NCBI GenBank assembly: GCA_963748815.1
Contig: CAVVKJ010000010.1
Span: 672,001-736,000, forward strand
Direction of reading: 5' to 3'
DNA length: 64,000 nt
From: an uncultured Gemmatimonadales bacterium
Lineage (GTDB): Bacteria > Gemmatimonadota > Gemmatimonadetes > Gemmatimonadales > GWC2-71-9
Shown: piece by piece, positions 19,964-29,618 of the stretch
Layout of the letters: every line of letters starts with the position of its first letter
How positions within the stretch are numbered: the first letter of the stretch is position 1
Position numbers and translations under genes: made by a program
Notes under the pieces: generated by a model
Database searches by the model: none
What the model was told of the DNA's origin: nothing
The model's input: only the letters and a program-made list of their open reading frames with translations

Positions 19964-22900
19964 GGCGCCGGTCGCTCGGTCAGGCGCCTGAAGTACTCCA
20001 GCACCAGCCGGCGATCCTCCGGCGAGAGCCCCTGCAGCTGTTCCCAGCTCGGCAGCCGGAGCTGCTGATCGTCCACGCCCAGCTGCGCCCGAAGCGCCGG
20101 CGGAAGGCGCACGTCGTCCTGCGCCCCGGTCGTGCTCTGCCGCTCCTTCTGGTCGTCCTGCTCCTCCCCCTGCAGCGTCCGTCCGGCATCGAGCATCCGG
20201 CGGAACAACCGCTCCTGCCGTTCCACCGTGCGCTTGTCGAGCCGACCGGCCTCCAGTTGCCGCGCGAGGTCCCGCGCCTCCCCGGCCAACTCCCCTGCCC
20301 CTTCCGACTGGGTTTCGGCCCGCAGCCGTTCCAGCTCCTCGGCGAGTGCGCGCTGCTGCGCGGACAGCTGCCGGATCTGCTCCTGCATCGCGCCTCCGCC
20401 CACCATCGGCAGCATCTGGGCGCCTTGCTGGCTCAGCTGGCCCTGCTGCTGGGCCATCTGGTTCATGCGCGCCATCGCCTCGGCGAGCCCGGAGCCGGAC
20501 CCGGAGCCGGACACATCCCCCCGCGCCCGCGACATCTGGTAGGCCGCAGCGTTCAGCGCTTCCACCGCCTCGCCGGCCTGCGCCGTGGCGTCGCGCTGCC
20601 CCGGCACCGCAGTCGAGAGCGCCTCGCGGGCCGCGCTCATCTGCCGGCGGGCCGACTCGAGCGTCGCCCCGATCTGCGGCGGCACCAAAGCGTTCTCCCC
20701 CGACACCTTCTTGTACTGTTCCGTCAGCTTCTCGACCCCCTCCTCCACCACGGCCTGCTGGGCCCGGAAGGTCGACGCTGACTCACCCAGGCGCAGCGCC
20801 TCGCTGATGGCCAACTGCCGCTCCGCAAGGCGGCTCGTTTCCGCCAACATCTGGTCGATGGCCGCCAACACCTCCGCCTTCCACTCGCCCTGCACATCCT
20901 GGCGTTGCTCGTCTATCTGCTTCTCGAGCGCCTGCAGCCGCTCCTCGGCCTGCTGCCCCTGGCGCTTCGCCGCCTGCGGCTTGCCTTCCTTGGCCGCGGC
21001 CGCCGCCTGCTTCATTTCCGCTGCCGCGGCGGAGGCCGCCTTGGCCGTCGCCTCCATGCGATCGGCCTGCTCGCTGTTCTGCATCCGGTCAAGTTCCTTT
21101 GCCGACTCCTGCATCGCCGAGGCGAGCGAATCGGCCCGGGCCGCGAGCGCTTCCTCCTGTGCGGCGGCACGGGTCGAATCGGCGCGCGCCACCTCCTCGT
21201 TCCAGCGCCCCTGCTCCTTCGCAAGGTCGCGCGCCTCGGCCGCCATGTTGGCCATTTGCCCCTCCATGGCCGCCCGTTCGAAGAGCTTCTGGCTCCGTTC
21301 CAGCGCCTCCTTGAGCTGGCGCTGCGCCTCCGCAAGCTCCTCGAGCGCGCGCCGGGACCGCGCCGCGTCGAGCTGGCTCAGCGCCTCCCGCAACTCCTCC
21401 AGCTGCTGGCGCATTTCCGGGGTGAGCGCGCGGTCGAGCTGCTCGGCGATCTCCTGCATCCGGCGCTCGAACTCCGGGTCCTGCACACCCGCCTCCGCCG
21501 CCGCGCGCTGCAAGTCGTCGATGGCCGCGCGCGTCTCCTCGGCCTGCCGCACCAACTCCTCCTGCTGCCGGGCCACCGCTTCAGCCCGCTTCGCCTCGTC
21601 GAACGACATCGCGGCCGCTTCGCGCCGGCCCGGCTGTTCAGCGCTCGAGCGGGACGCCTCGCGCGAGAGGTCTTCCGTCTGGCGCTGCAGCCGCTTGCTC
21701 GCCGCGGCGAGCGAGTCGAGCTGGGCGCCCACCGACTCCGTGGCGGCGCGCTCGGCCGCCCGCACCTCGGCGAGCGTCGGGAGGCGGAGCACGTACTCGC
21801 GCGAGCGCCCAGTCCGCCGGCCCGGCGCGTTGTCGGTCGCGACCGCGTAGTAGCGCACGGTGTCGCCCGGCAACAGCGAGCGTCCCCCGAGCTCCAGCAC
21901 CCACGGGACGATCAATCGGTCGGGCGCCCCAGCCGGGATCGGGACCTCCTCCCGCCGCTCCAGCTCCTCGATCCCCAGCCGACTGATGCGCCGGCTCACC
22001 ACCACGAGCGCCGTGACCCCGTGGTCGTCTCGCGCGTCGACGACCAGCGGCACCCGGAGCCCGAGGGGGGCGAGCGTGTCCGCTCCCGGCACCGGGATGC
22101 CGACCGCCGGCACGCTGTCCGGCGCGATGCGCAACAGCAGGGCGCCGTCGTTCCCGGCCAGCGGCATCCCGTTCGAGGTCGTCAGCGCCAGGCGATACGC
22201 CCCCGACGCGACGGGGACGCTCCGCCCTTCGAACCGCCCTCCATCGACGACGAGCACCACGGGACCCCGCGGGCCGACCAGGGCCGCGGCGGAGAGTGGC
22301 GCGGTGGCCTCCCCTTCCACCAGCAGGCGCGTCCCCTCGGGGAGCAGGATCGAATCGGGGCCGAAGGCCAGCGATTCGTCCTCGATGCCCAGATACCTCG
22401 GGTACTGCGCGGTCACCGACAACGACCCGAGGAAGGCGGGAATGCGGACCGCGACGTGAAGGGTGTCCGATCCCCGACTGCCGCTGGTGGCGCGGACGAA
22501 GAGGTCGGCGGTGAGAGGCTGGCTTAGGACGGTCGCTTCCCCGATCGAATCGAGCGTGACCTCCTCGGGTCGCCAGGTCTCGCCCGGCGCTCGCGTCCAG
22601 AGGGTGGCGACGCCGCGGCCCGGGGCGCGCACCACGAGCGAAACCCGGGCTCCCCGGTCCACGGAGAGCGCAGAGGCGTCGAGTTGGACGGCGCCCATCG
22701 CGAGTCCCAGAGCCTCGGCGGGATGCCAAAGCATTCGGACCGGCGCGCGGCCCGGCCCGGCCCCGAGCAAACAGGCCCCGCCGACGACCAGCGCGACGGC
22801 GCTGATGCGGTTGGATCGCAAGACGCGGGCGGTGATCGGCGCCAGCGCCGCCGGACCCCGTGCCGCGAGGTCCGCCGCCCCGGCGTTGTCGGCGGCAAGG

Positions 22901-23247
22901 TAGAGGTCGTGGCTCAGGCCATCTGCCGGCGGAGCGAGCATGCCGGTGAGCGCGCCGAGCCGCCAGGCGCCCTCCGCCTCCAGGCGCCGGGCGAGCAACG
23001 GCACCCTGAGGCTCCGCACTCGACGCGCCACCAGGACGGTAGCGGCGGCGGCGCCCACCAGCGCCACGATCCACGCGGCCGGCACCCACCAGAGCGACTG
23101 CACCAGGCCAAGCCTCGCGAGCCACGCCGCGCTCCCCAGCACAATGAGCCCGATGCCGATGACCAGCGCGCCGCCGCCAGTGAGCGACCGCCGGGTGATC
23201 GGGAGGGTCAGCCGCTCGAGGGCGTCCCGCGTCTGCACCGGAGTCAC
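19960..23247 (-). CDS. DUF4175-like membrane protein with Ig-like domains and long coiled coils
   Basis: N-terminal TMs; ARDDHGV, LLPGDTVRYY.VATDN; Q/E-rich coiled coil; RQERLFRRMLDA. Confidence 0.8.
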   Translation of the reverse strand: MTPVQTRDALERLTLPITRRSLTGGGALVIGIGLIVLGSAAWLARLGLVQSLWWVPAAWIVALVGAAAATVLVARRVRSLRVPLLARRLEAEGAWRLGALTGMLAPPADGLSHDLYLAADNAGAADLAARGPAALAPITARVLRSNRISAVALVVGGACLLGAGPGRAPVRMLWHPAEALGLAMGAVQLDASALSVDRGARVSLVVRAPGRGVATLWTRAPGETWRPEEVTLDSIGEATVLSQPLTADLFVRATSGSRGSDTLHVAVRIPAFLGSLSVTAQYPRYLGIEDESLAFGPDSILLPEGTRLLVEGEATAPLSAAALVGPRGPVVLVVDGGRFEGRSVPVASGAYRLALTTSNGMPLAGNDGALLLRIAPDSVPAVGIPVPGADTLAPLGLRVPLVVDARDDHGVTALVVVSRRISRLGIEELERREEVPIPAGAPDRLIVPWVLELGGRSLLPGDTVRYYAVATDNAPGRRTGRSREYVLRLPTLAEVRAAERAATESVGAQLDSLAAASKRLQRQTEDLSREASRSSAEQPGRREAAAMSFDEAKRAEAVARQQEELVRQAEETRAAIDDLQRAAAEAGVQDPEFERRMQEIAEQLDRALTPEMRQQLEELREALSQLDAARSRRALEELAEAQRQLKEALERSQKLFERAAMEGQMANMAAEARDLAKEQGRWNEEVARADSTRAAAQEEALAARADSLASAMQESAKELDRMQNSEQADRMEATAKAASAAAAEMKQAAAAAKEGKPQAAKRQGQQAEERLQALEKQIDEQRQDVQGEWKAEVLAAIDQMLAETSRLAERQLAISEALRLGESASTFRAQQAVVEEGVEKLTEQYKKVSGENALVPPQIGATLESARRQMSAAREALSTAVPGQRDATAQAGEAVEALNAAAYQMSRARGDVSGSGSGSGLAEAMARMNQMAQQQGQLSQQGAQMLPMVGGGAMQEQIRQLSAQQRALAEELERLRAETQSEGAGELAGEARDLARQLEAGRLDKRTVERQERLFRRMLDAGRTLQGEEQDDQKERQSTTGAQDDVRLPPALRAQLGVDDQQLRLPSWEQLQGLSPEDRRLVLEYFRRLTERPAP

Positions 23248-23939
23248 TGGCCGGACCCGACCGCATAGGCGATCAGGTTGACGCCCATGCGGAGCGCAGA
23301 CTCCCGAATCGCCGGATCGTCCTTGTGGACGTCGGGATCCTCCCAGCCGTCGCCGAGGTCGGATTGATAGGTATAGAAGAGGGCGAGGCGGCCGTCGAGG
23401 AAAATGCCGAACCCCTGCGCCGGCTTGCCGTCGTGCTCGTGCACCTTCGGCACGCCGCGGGGAAACTGGTAGATGAGGTTGTAGATCGGGTGGTCGAGCG
23501 GCACTTCCTCAAGCGGCCGGTCCGGGAAGAGCCGGGCCAGTTCGCGGCGGAGCGACTCGTCCATCCCGTAGTTGTCATCGGCGTGGAGGAAGCCTCCCTG
23601 CAGCAGGTAGCGTCGGAGGGTGACGAGGTCCTCGTCGCTGAACCGCACGTTGCCGTGTCCGGTCATGTAGAGGTAGGGAACCTCCCATAGACTCGGCGAG
23701 GACAGGGTGACCACCAGTTCCCGGGACGCCGTCTGCACATCCGTGCGGGCCCGGACCGCCGCCAGCAGATTGGGGAGGCTCGACGGGTTGGCGTACCAGT
23801 CTCCGCCACCGTCGTAATGGAGCCGACCGATGGTCACGCCCGACTCGCCCTGCGCCGACAGGGGGTGGACCCCGGCGAGGCAGAGGGCGGCGATCGACGA
23901 GAGACAGAGGCCCCGCACGGGGGACCCGACCAGCTTCAC
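23244..23939 (-). CDS. DUF4159 domain protein
   Basis: GGGDWY.NP, YLYMTGHG, GGFLHADDNYG and DLGDGWE. Confidence 0.9.
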   Translation of the reverse strand: MKLVGSPVRGLCLSSIAALCLAGVHPLSAQGESGVTIGRLHYDGGGDWYANPSSLPNLLAAVRARTDVQTASRELVVTLSSPSLWEVPYLYMTGHGNVRFSDEDLVTLRRYLLQGGFLHADDNYGMDESLRRELARLFPDRPLEEVPLDHPIYNLIYQFPRGVPKVHEHDGKPAQGFGIFLDGRLALFYTYQSDLGDGWEDPDVHKDDPAIRESALRMGVNLIAYAVGSGQ

Positions 23940-24769
23940 GGGAGCTCCATGACCAGGCGGTACACCTCATTACGGCCAAGGCCGCTCGATTCCGTCAACC
24001 GGCGAACCACATCCTTCCGGCTCAGGCCCTCCGCCAGGAGCGCCTCGGCGGCCAGGCGAATTTCGCCGAGGTCCGGGGCGGCGTCCGGTTGATCCGCCGT
24101 TCCCTCCAGCACCAGGGTGATTTCACCCTTGGGCGGATGCTCGTCGTACCACGCCTCGAGCTCCGCGAGAGTGCCTGCCCGGAATTCCTCGTGCACCTTC
24201 GTGAGCTCCCGCGCGACGACGGCCCGCCGCTCCGCCCCGCACACCTCAGCCAAGTCGCGCAGCAGCGCCACCAGGCGGGGCGGCGCCTCGTAGAAGACCA
24301 CCGTCCATGGCGCCGCGGCGGCGCGCGCCAGTTCCTCGCGGCGCTCACGACCCTTGCGCGCGGGAAACCCGAGGAAGAGGTACCGGTCGGCCGGCAGGCC
24401 GGCGGCGGAGAGCGCGGTCGCCACCGCCGACGGCCCGGGAATGGGGACGACGGCGCAGCCGGCCCCCCGCACCGCCGCTACCAGCCGGGCGCCGGGATCG
24501 CTGATGCCGGGGGTGCCGGCGTCGGTCACCAGCGCCACTGCCTGCCCCGCCTGGAGCAGCGCGATGATCGGGGCGGCCTGGCTCGCCTCGGTATGCGCAT
24601 GGACGGAAAGGAGCCGCGGGGTCGCCCCGATGTGCTGCAGGAGCGTGCGGCTCCGCCGGGTGTCCTCGGCGGCGACCACGTCGACCGCGCGGAGCACGTC
24701 CGTGGCGCGAGTGGTCAGGTCTCCGAGGTGTCCGAGCGGGGTGGCGACGACGTAGAGCGTACCGGGGAC
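23936..24769 (-). CDS. rsmI: 16S rRNA (cytidine1402-2'-O)-methyltransferase; start codon uncertain
   Basis: GTLYVVATPLG, AEDTR, DAGTPGISDPG, FYEAP and RELTKVHEE. Confidence 0.92.
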   Translation of the reverse strand, partial: VPGTLYVVATPLGHLGDLTTRATDVLRAVDVVAAEDTRRSRTLLQHIGATPRLLSVHAHTEASQAAPIIALLQAGQAVALVTDAGTPGISDPGARLVAAVRGAGCAVVPIPGPSAVATALSAAGLPADRYLFLGFPARKGRERREELARAAAAPWTVVFYEAPPRLVALLRDLAEVCGAERRAVVARELTKVHEEFRAGTLAELEAWYDEHPPKGEITLVLEGTADQPDAAPDLGEIRLAAEALLAEGLSRKDVVRRLTESSGLGRNEVYRLVMELP

Positions 24770-25785
24770 TACCAGGTGAGGCTCCAGGGAAAATGCGAAT
24801 AGAAGCCGGCGGCTTGCAGGAGGTGGCGCTGCTCGCGGGTGGCGGTCTGCAGGATGCGCGGCCCCGCCCCGGGGGAAACCACCTCGATTTCCGTGAGCAG
24901 CGCCCCGGTCCACGCCGCCAGGTCGGCGGTCAGGTCGGCGGCCGGCGTGGCCACCATCGATGGATCCCCTCCGTTCGAGGGCAGGAGATGCGCGAGCGAC
25001 TGGCGCAGCGGGGCCAGCCGGCCCGTCACGCGGTCAACCCGACGGAGCCCGTCCCCCGGCGACTCAGCCTCGATCGCTTCCGAAATCCGGATGAACAGCT
25101 CCCGATACATCCGGATCTGGGACGGCAACGCCTGGGCCGGCAGGCCGGCAATGGAAGGAATCCCGCTCACGGAGAGCGCCGGCCGTACCCCATCGGCGTC
25201 CGGCTGGAAGATCCCCTCGATGTACGCCGGAAGGGAAACCGTCTCCGGGCGCGCGTAAAAGTAGCCGCCGCTGAACTTTCCCCGGTCGAACTGCAGGTAG
25301 TTGACCCGGCCGTTGGAGATGATCTCGAGCCCCCCGGTCAACGACTCCTCCACGACGCGCGGGAAGATCAACTCCGGATGCTTGGAGTCCACCACCCACG
25401 GCTCCGCCGGCGCGGCGCACGCCTGATACATCCACTCGAGCTGGGCCATCGGGGCGGCGCAGTACGCGGCCTCCGCGCGTTCCGGGTCCGCCTTGAGCCG
25501 GCGCACGGCCTCGGCGATCGGCAGGACGGTCCGCTGCCCGGCCCCGATGCCCGCCGCGGTGACCAGCTCCCCCGCCTGGAAGAAGAGCAGGATCAGTTCG
25601 TCGGGGAGATAGCCGAGGAAATAGGCGTCCACCTTGCCGTCGCGATCCCGCTTGGCAAAGGAGATGAGATTGTCGAGGTGGAGGTAGATGAGCCGGGTGC
25701 GCGCAAGCAGGGTGTCCGACGCCGGAAAGGCGACGTCGCTCAGCCGGATGGCGGAGTGAAGCAGGCGGGTGCCGCTGACGCGCAT
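24769..25785 (-). CDS. Hypothetical protein with two possible DUF4388/PATAN-like modules
   Basis: Normal high-GC codon use; LLFFQAGELVTA and TGGLEIIS..YLQFDRG motifs. Confidence 0.65.
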   Translation of the reverse strand: MRVSGTRLLHSAIRLSDVAFPASDTLLARTRLIYLHLDNLISFAKRDRDGKVDAYFLGYLPDELILLFFQAGELVTAAGIGAGQRTVLPIAEAVRRLKADPERAEAAYCAAPMAQLEWMYQACAAPAEPWVVDSKHPELIFPRVVEESLTGGLEIISNGRVNYLQFDRGKFSGGYFYARPETVSLPAYIEGIFQPDADGVRPALSVSGIPSIAGLPAQALPSQIRMYRELFIRISEAIEAESPGDGLRRVDRVTGRLAPLRQSLAHLLPSNGGDPSMVATPAADLTADLAAWTGALLTEIEVVSPGAGPRILQTATREQRHLLQAAGFYSHFPWSLTW

Positions 25786-25799
25786 AGACCCTCGGCGGG

Positions 25800-25825
25800 A
25801 CGGGCCGCCCGGCTGGGCGGCCCGT
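25800..25825. other. Perfect 11-bp GC-rich hairpin downstream of trxA
   Basis: acgggccgccc-ggct-gggcggcccgt; no U-tract. Confidence 0.6.
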
Positions 25826-25836
25826 GACGCGGCGCC

Positions 25837-26169
25837 TTACGCCGCGAGGTGGTGCTGAATCTTCGACGCGATGGTGGGCTTCGGCACCGCGCCGATGACC
25901 GTGTCCACGTGCTTGCCGTCCTTGAAGAACAGCAGGGCCGGGATCGACCGGATGTTGAACCGGGCCGCCACCCGCTGGTTCGCGTCGACGTCCAGCTTGG
26001 TGATCCGGACCTTGCCGGTGTACTCCTCGGCCAGCTGCTCCAGCGACGGGGCGATGATCTGGCAGGGGCCGCACCACGTGGCCCAGAAATCCACCAGCAC
26101 CAGTCCCTTGGTCTGCTCCACTTCGGAGGCAAACGTGCTCTCGGTTACTTCAATTGTGTGCTGCCCCAT
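25837..26169 (-). CDS. trxA: Thioredoxin
   Basis: VDFWATWCGPC and IRSIP. Confidence 0.96.
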   Translation of the reverse strand: MGQHTIEVTESTFASEVEQTKGLVLVDFWATWCGPCQIIAPSLEQLAEEYTGKVRITKLDVDANQRVAARFNIRSIPALLFFKDGKHVDTVIGAVPKPTIASKIQHHLAA

Positions 26170-26260
26170 GTGCGACGAACCTCCCAGAGTGCGGCGGGAT
26201 GCGTAGGTCCGCGTCCCGCAGTTAAGTTCAAGTCCATTCACCTGCCACGCCGGAGTCGCC

Positions 26261-26656
26261 GTGCCGGATGCCCCCCGGATTGCCCATATCGGGATCGCGG
26301 TCAAGGACCTCGACGACGCCCTGCGGTTCTATCGAGACGTCCTCGGCCTCGTGCCCCACCCCCCCGAAGTTGCCGACGGCGCGACGATCGTTTCGCTTCC
26401 CTTCGGCGAGTCGGAGGTCGAACTCCTCGAGGCGCGCGACGCCGACTCCCCGATCGCGAAGTTCATCGAGCGCCGCGGTCCCGGCATCCACCACGTCTGC
26501 TACCGGGTGGCCGACCTCGACGCTGCCCTCGACCAGGCCCGGCAGGCCGGCTACCGGCTCGTCGATGACGCGCCACGGACCGGCGCGGGCGGCTGCCGAA
26601 TCGCGTTCCTGCACCCCAAGTCCACCGCTGGCATCCTGATCGAGCTCACGGAGTGA
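26261..26656 (+). CDS. mce: Methylmalonyl-CoA epimerase
   Basis: HIGIAV, GPGIHHVCY and FLHPKSTAGILIEL. Confidence 0.9.
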   Translation: MPDAPRIAHIGIAVKDLDDALRFYRDVLGLVPHPPEVADGATIVSLPFGESEVELLEARDADSPIAKFIERRGPGIHHVCYRVADLDAALDQARQAGYRLVDDAPRTGAGGCRIAFLHPKSTAGILIELTE

Positions 26657-26676
26657 GCGCGGCCGGGGCGCCTGCC

Positions 26677-27132
26677 CTACATCGGGTTGCCCTGGGCGTC
26701 ACAGGGCCGGCCGGGGGTGGCGGTCATGGTCACGTCCACGTTCTGCACCAGGTACTGGTCCTTCCACTTGCCCACGATGAAGGGCACGTTGTTCTGGCAT
26801 CTCCCGACGAAGATCTTCATCGTGACCATCACCTGGTCGGAATGCCCGTCGACCGTCCCGAGCCCGGCCACCTTCGCGGAGTCGTTGGTCAGGTACTTCT
26901 GGAGCACCCGGATCCGCTTTTCGTAGTCCGGCGGCTGCTTGCTCGTGGCGGCCGGGCCGGCGGAGCCACCCCAGTAGGTCGCCATGAGGGTGAGGTTGGT
27001 ATCCTTCGCCGCCGCCAGGAACGCCTTGACGGTCGTTTCCGGGGAGCGGTTGGACATCGGTGTGCCGCTGCTCGCGCCGCCGCTTGCACAGGCCGCGACG
27101 AGGAGTACACAGGGAATCCAGCGCAGAGTCAC
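26677..27132 (-). CDS. Hypothetical lipoprotein
   Basis: GGTGG/GAAGG RBS; lipobox LVAAC; SPETTVKAFLAA. Confidence 0.7.
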   Translation of the reverse strand: MTLRWIPCVLLVAACASGGASSGTPMSNRSPETTVKAFLAAAKDTNLTLMATYWGGSAGPAATSKQPPDYEKRIRVLQKYLTNDSAKVAGLGTVDGHSDQVMVTMKIFVGRCQNNVPFIVGKWKDQYLVQNVDVTMTATPGRPCDAQGNPM

Positions 27133-27192
27133 GGGCGTTCCACCTTCTGAAGTAGACTGTCTCAAACGTAAACCGCGCGCGGAGTGCGAGCA

Positions 27193-27915
27193 ATGACGCC
27201 TGTCAGGCTCTACGTCAACATCGATCACGTCGCGACGGTCCGCGAGGCGCGGCGGACCGATGAACCCGAGCCGCTCGCCGCCGCGCGCGCCGCCCTGGCG
27301 GGGGGAGCCGACGGCATCACCGTGCACCTGCGCGAAGACCGCCGACACATCCAGGACGCGGACGTCATCGCGATTGCCGAGACCCTCCCCGCGCCGCTCA
27401 ACTTCGAGCTCGCCCTGAGCGACGAGATCGTCGCCCTCGCCTGCCGGCTCCGCCCCCTCCAGGCCACGATCGTCCCCGAACGGCGCGAGGAAGTCACCAC
27501 GGAGGGGGGGCTTCGGGTCAGCTCCCGGGACGCCCGGCTCCGAACCGCCATCCGACGCCTCGATGAGGCCGGCTGCCGGGTCAGCCTCTTCATCGATCCG
27601 GAGCTCGACGCCATCGACGCCGCCAAGGACCTCGGCGTCCCCGCCATCGAGCTCCACACGGGAGAGTACGCCCGCCGCTGGCGCGACGGCCCCGCCCCGC
27701 TCGACCACCTCCGGCAGGCCGCCCGCCACGCGGCGGAACTTGGCCTCGCCGTGCACGCCGGCCACGGACTCACCTACCTGAACGTGCAAGCCGTGGCGTC
27801 GGTTCCCGAGATCGAGGAGCTCAACATCGGCCACAGCATCGTGAGCCGGGCCCTCTTCGACGGGATGGAGGAAGCGGTACGTGAGATGCGGCGCCTGATG
27901 ACCTCGGCGCGGTAA
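27193..27915 (+). CDS. pdxJ: Pyridoxine 5'-phosphate synthase
   Basis: [33 protein letters not shown] and ELNIGH. Confidence 0.97.
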   Translation: MTPVRLYVNIDHVATVREARRTDEPEPLAAARAALAGGADGITVHLREDRRHIQDADVIAIAETLPAPLNFELALSDEIVALACRLRPLQATIVPERREEVTTEGGLRVSSRDARLRTAIRRLDEAGCRVSLFIDPELDAIDAAKDLGVPAIELHTGEYARRWRDGPAPLDHLRQAARHAAELGLAVHAGHGLTYLNVQAVASVPEIEELNIGHSIVSRALFDGMEEAVREMRRLMTSAR

Positions 27916-27974
27916 CCTCCCCCGGCCCGCCCGAGCCTTTCCCGGGAACGCCGCACACCCTAACTTGTTTCGAC

Positions 27975-29618
27975 ATGCCCAATCCCCTCGGCCCGACTGA
28001 CTTCTTCGCGTTGGAGGCCGGCGAGTACCTCGAGCGGCTCGCCAGGCTGGTGGCCATCGACGGCGGCCCGCCCCCGGAGGAGTTCGTCCGTTACGCCCGC
28101 GCCCTGCGCGGGTCCGCCCTGATGGCCAATCAACCGGAAATCACCAGGGCTGCCGGCGCGCTCGAGGGGGTCGCCCGCGCGTTCCACGAACGGGTGTGCG
28201 CCTGGGATGCCGCCCTCGCGGAGGTCGTGGGACAGTCGGTGGACGACCTGAAGCGGCTGGTCCGGCAGGCCCGCGACTGGACCGCCGACGACACCGCCCG
28301 GGCCGACCGCCTCTCCCGCTCGCTCGAGTCCATCAGCGGCCGCCCTCCGGAGGGCAGCCGGCCCCCCACGCGGAGCCGCGGGGAGCTCAACGCGGGCGTC
28401 CGCGCATTCGTGGCCCGCGAGGGCGCCCTGGTGGCCAGCGCGCTCGATCGCGCCGCTCGCGCGCTCGAGGCGGAGCCCGGCGCCCGTGACCCGCTCCACA
28501 ATATCCTGCGGCGCATGCAGTCGCTCCGGGGCCTGGCGGCGCTGGCCGACCTCGCGCCGCTCCCCGAGATGCTCGATGGCCTCGAGATGGCCGTCGGCAG
28601 CCTCCTCCGGGCCCACGTCCCCCCCACGGGCGTGAGCGAGGTCTTCGAGGCGGCGGCCCAGGCCCTCACCCGCGCCTCGCGGGACGTCGCGGACAACGGG
28701 CATCCCGACCCCGACGCCCCCGAGGCTCGCCACTTCGCCGTGCTGCTCATCCGCCGGCTGGCGGACGACCGGGACGTGGTCGACATCGAGACCCTCTGCC
28801 CACTCGGGCAGGCCAGCATCGTCAAGGCCGGCACCCCTCCCGAACAGCCGACCCCCGTCACCCTCGGTTCGGTCGAACTCCTGACCCACGGCGAGTTCCT
28901 CGTCCAGGCCGCCGACGAGCTCGAGCGGGCGGAGACTGATACCCAGCGTGACCTCCGCCTCTTCAACCTGACGGGGGCGCTCGACTCTCCCCGCCTCGTG
29001 GCGGCGGCCACCATCGGACACGGCCTCGACAGCTTCGGACGGGCGGTGCGCCTGGCCATCGTCAGCGGCACCGCCGCCGGCGATCCCGCCGGATTCGCGG
29101 CGGCGCTGCGCTCCGCGGGCACCCTGATTCGCGGGCTCGGTCCCCGCAGCGATCCGGAACGGGCCTCGACCGAACTCGCGGGGCTGGCCGCCGTCCTCGG
29201 GCAGGCGCCCGACGACATCGTCCCCATCGAGTCCCTGGCCCCCGATGACGACGTCATTCCGGTCGCGGACCTGGCGCCTGAAGCCGAAGAGCTCCCCTCG
29301 GCGGAAGCCCCGGAGGATGCCTCGCTCGCCGGGAGCTTCCTGACGTACGCCCGCCTCTCGGGCGCCCGGAGCCGCACCTCGGGCAACGGCTCGGCGCGCA
29401 CCTCCGCGCCGACGGCCGCTCCCGAACCGCCGGCCGTCGAGGAGGCCGTCGAAATCGGCACGCTGCTCTATCGCGGCGACGCGGCTCTGCGCCGGGCCGA
29501 TGTCGTCCGCCGCGACCTCGCGCATCTCCTCCGCGCGGGCGCCCAGCTGGGCAGCATCCGCCCCCTCCTCGACGAACTCCTCGACCTCGTCCCGCTGGCG
29601 CTCGAGCCCTCCGCTTGA
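27975..29618 (+). CDS. Hypothetical helical protein with Hpt-like bundles
   Basis: FFALEAGEYLERL...RALRGSALMA and FVAREG...MQSLRGLAALA. Confidence 0.7.
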   Translation: MPNPLGPTDFFALEAGEYLERLARLVAIDGGPPPEEFVRYARALRGSALMANQPEITRAAGALEGVARAFHERVCAWDAALAEVVGQSVDDLKRLVRQARDWTADDTARADRLSRSLESISGRPPEGSRPPTRSRGELNAGVRAFVAREGALVASALDRAARALEAEPGARDPLHNILRRMQSLRGLAALADLAPLPEMLDGLEMAVGSLLRAHVPPTGVSEVFEAAAQALTRASRDVADNGHPDPDAPEARHFAVLLIRRLADDRDVVDIETLCPLGQASIVKAGTPPEQPTPVTLGSVELLTHGEFLVQAADELERAETDTQRDLRLFNLTGALDSPRLVAAATIGHGLDSFGRAVRLAIVSGTAAGDPAGFAAALRSAGTLIRGLGPRSDPERASTELAGLAAVLGQAPDDIVPIESLAPDDDVIPVADLAPEAEELPSAEAPEDASLAGSFLTYARLSGARSRTSGNGSARTSAPTAAPEPPAVEEAVEIGTLLYRGDAALRRADVVRRDLAHLLRAGAQLGSIRPLLDELLDLVPLALEPSA

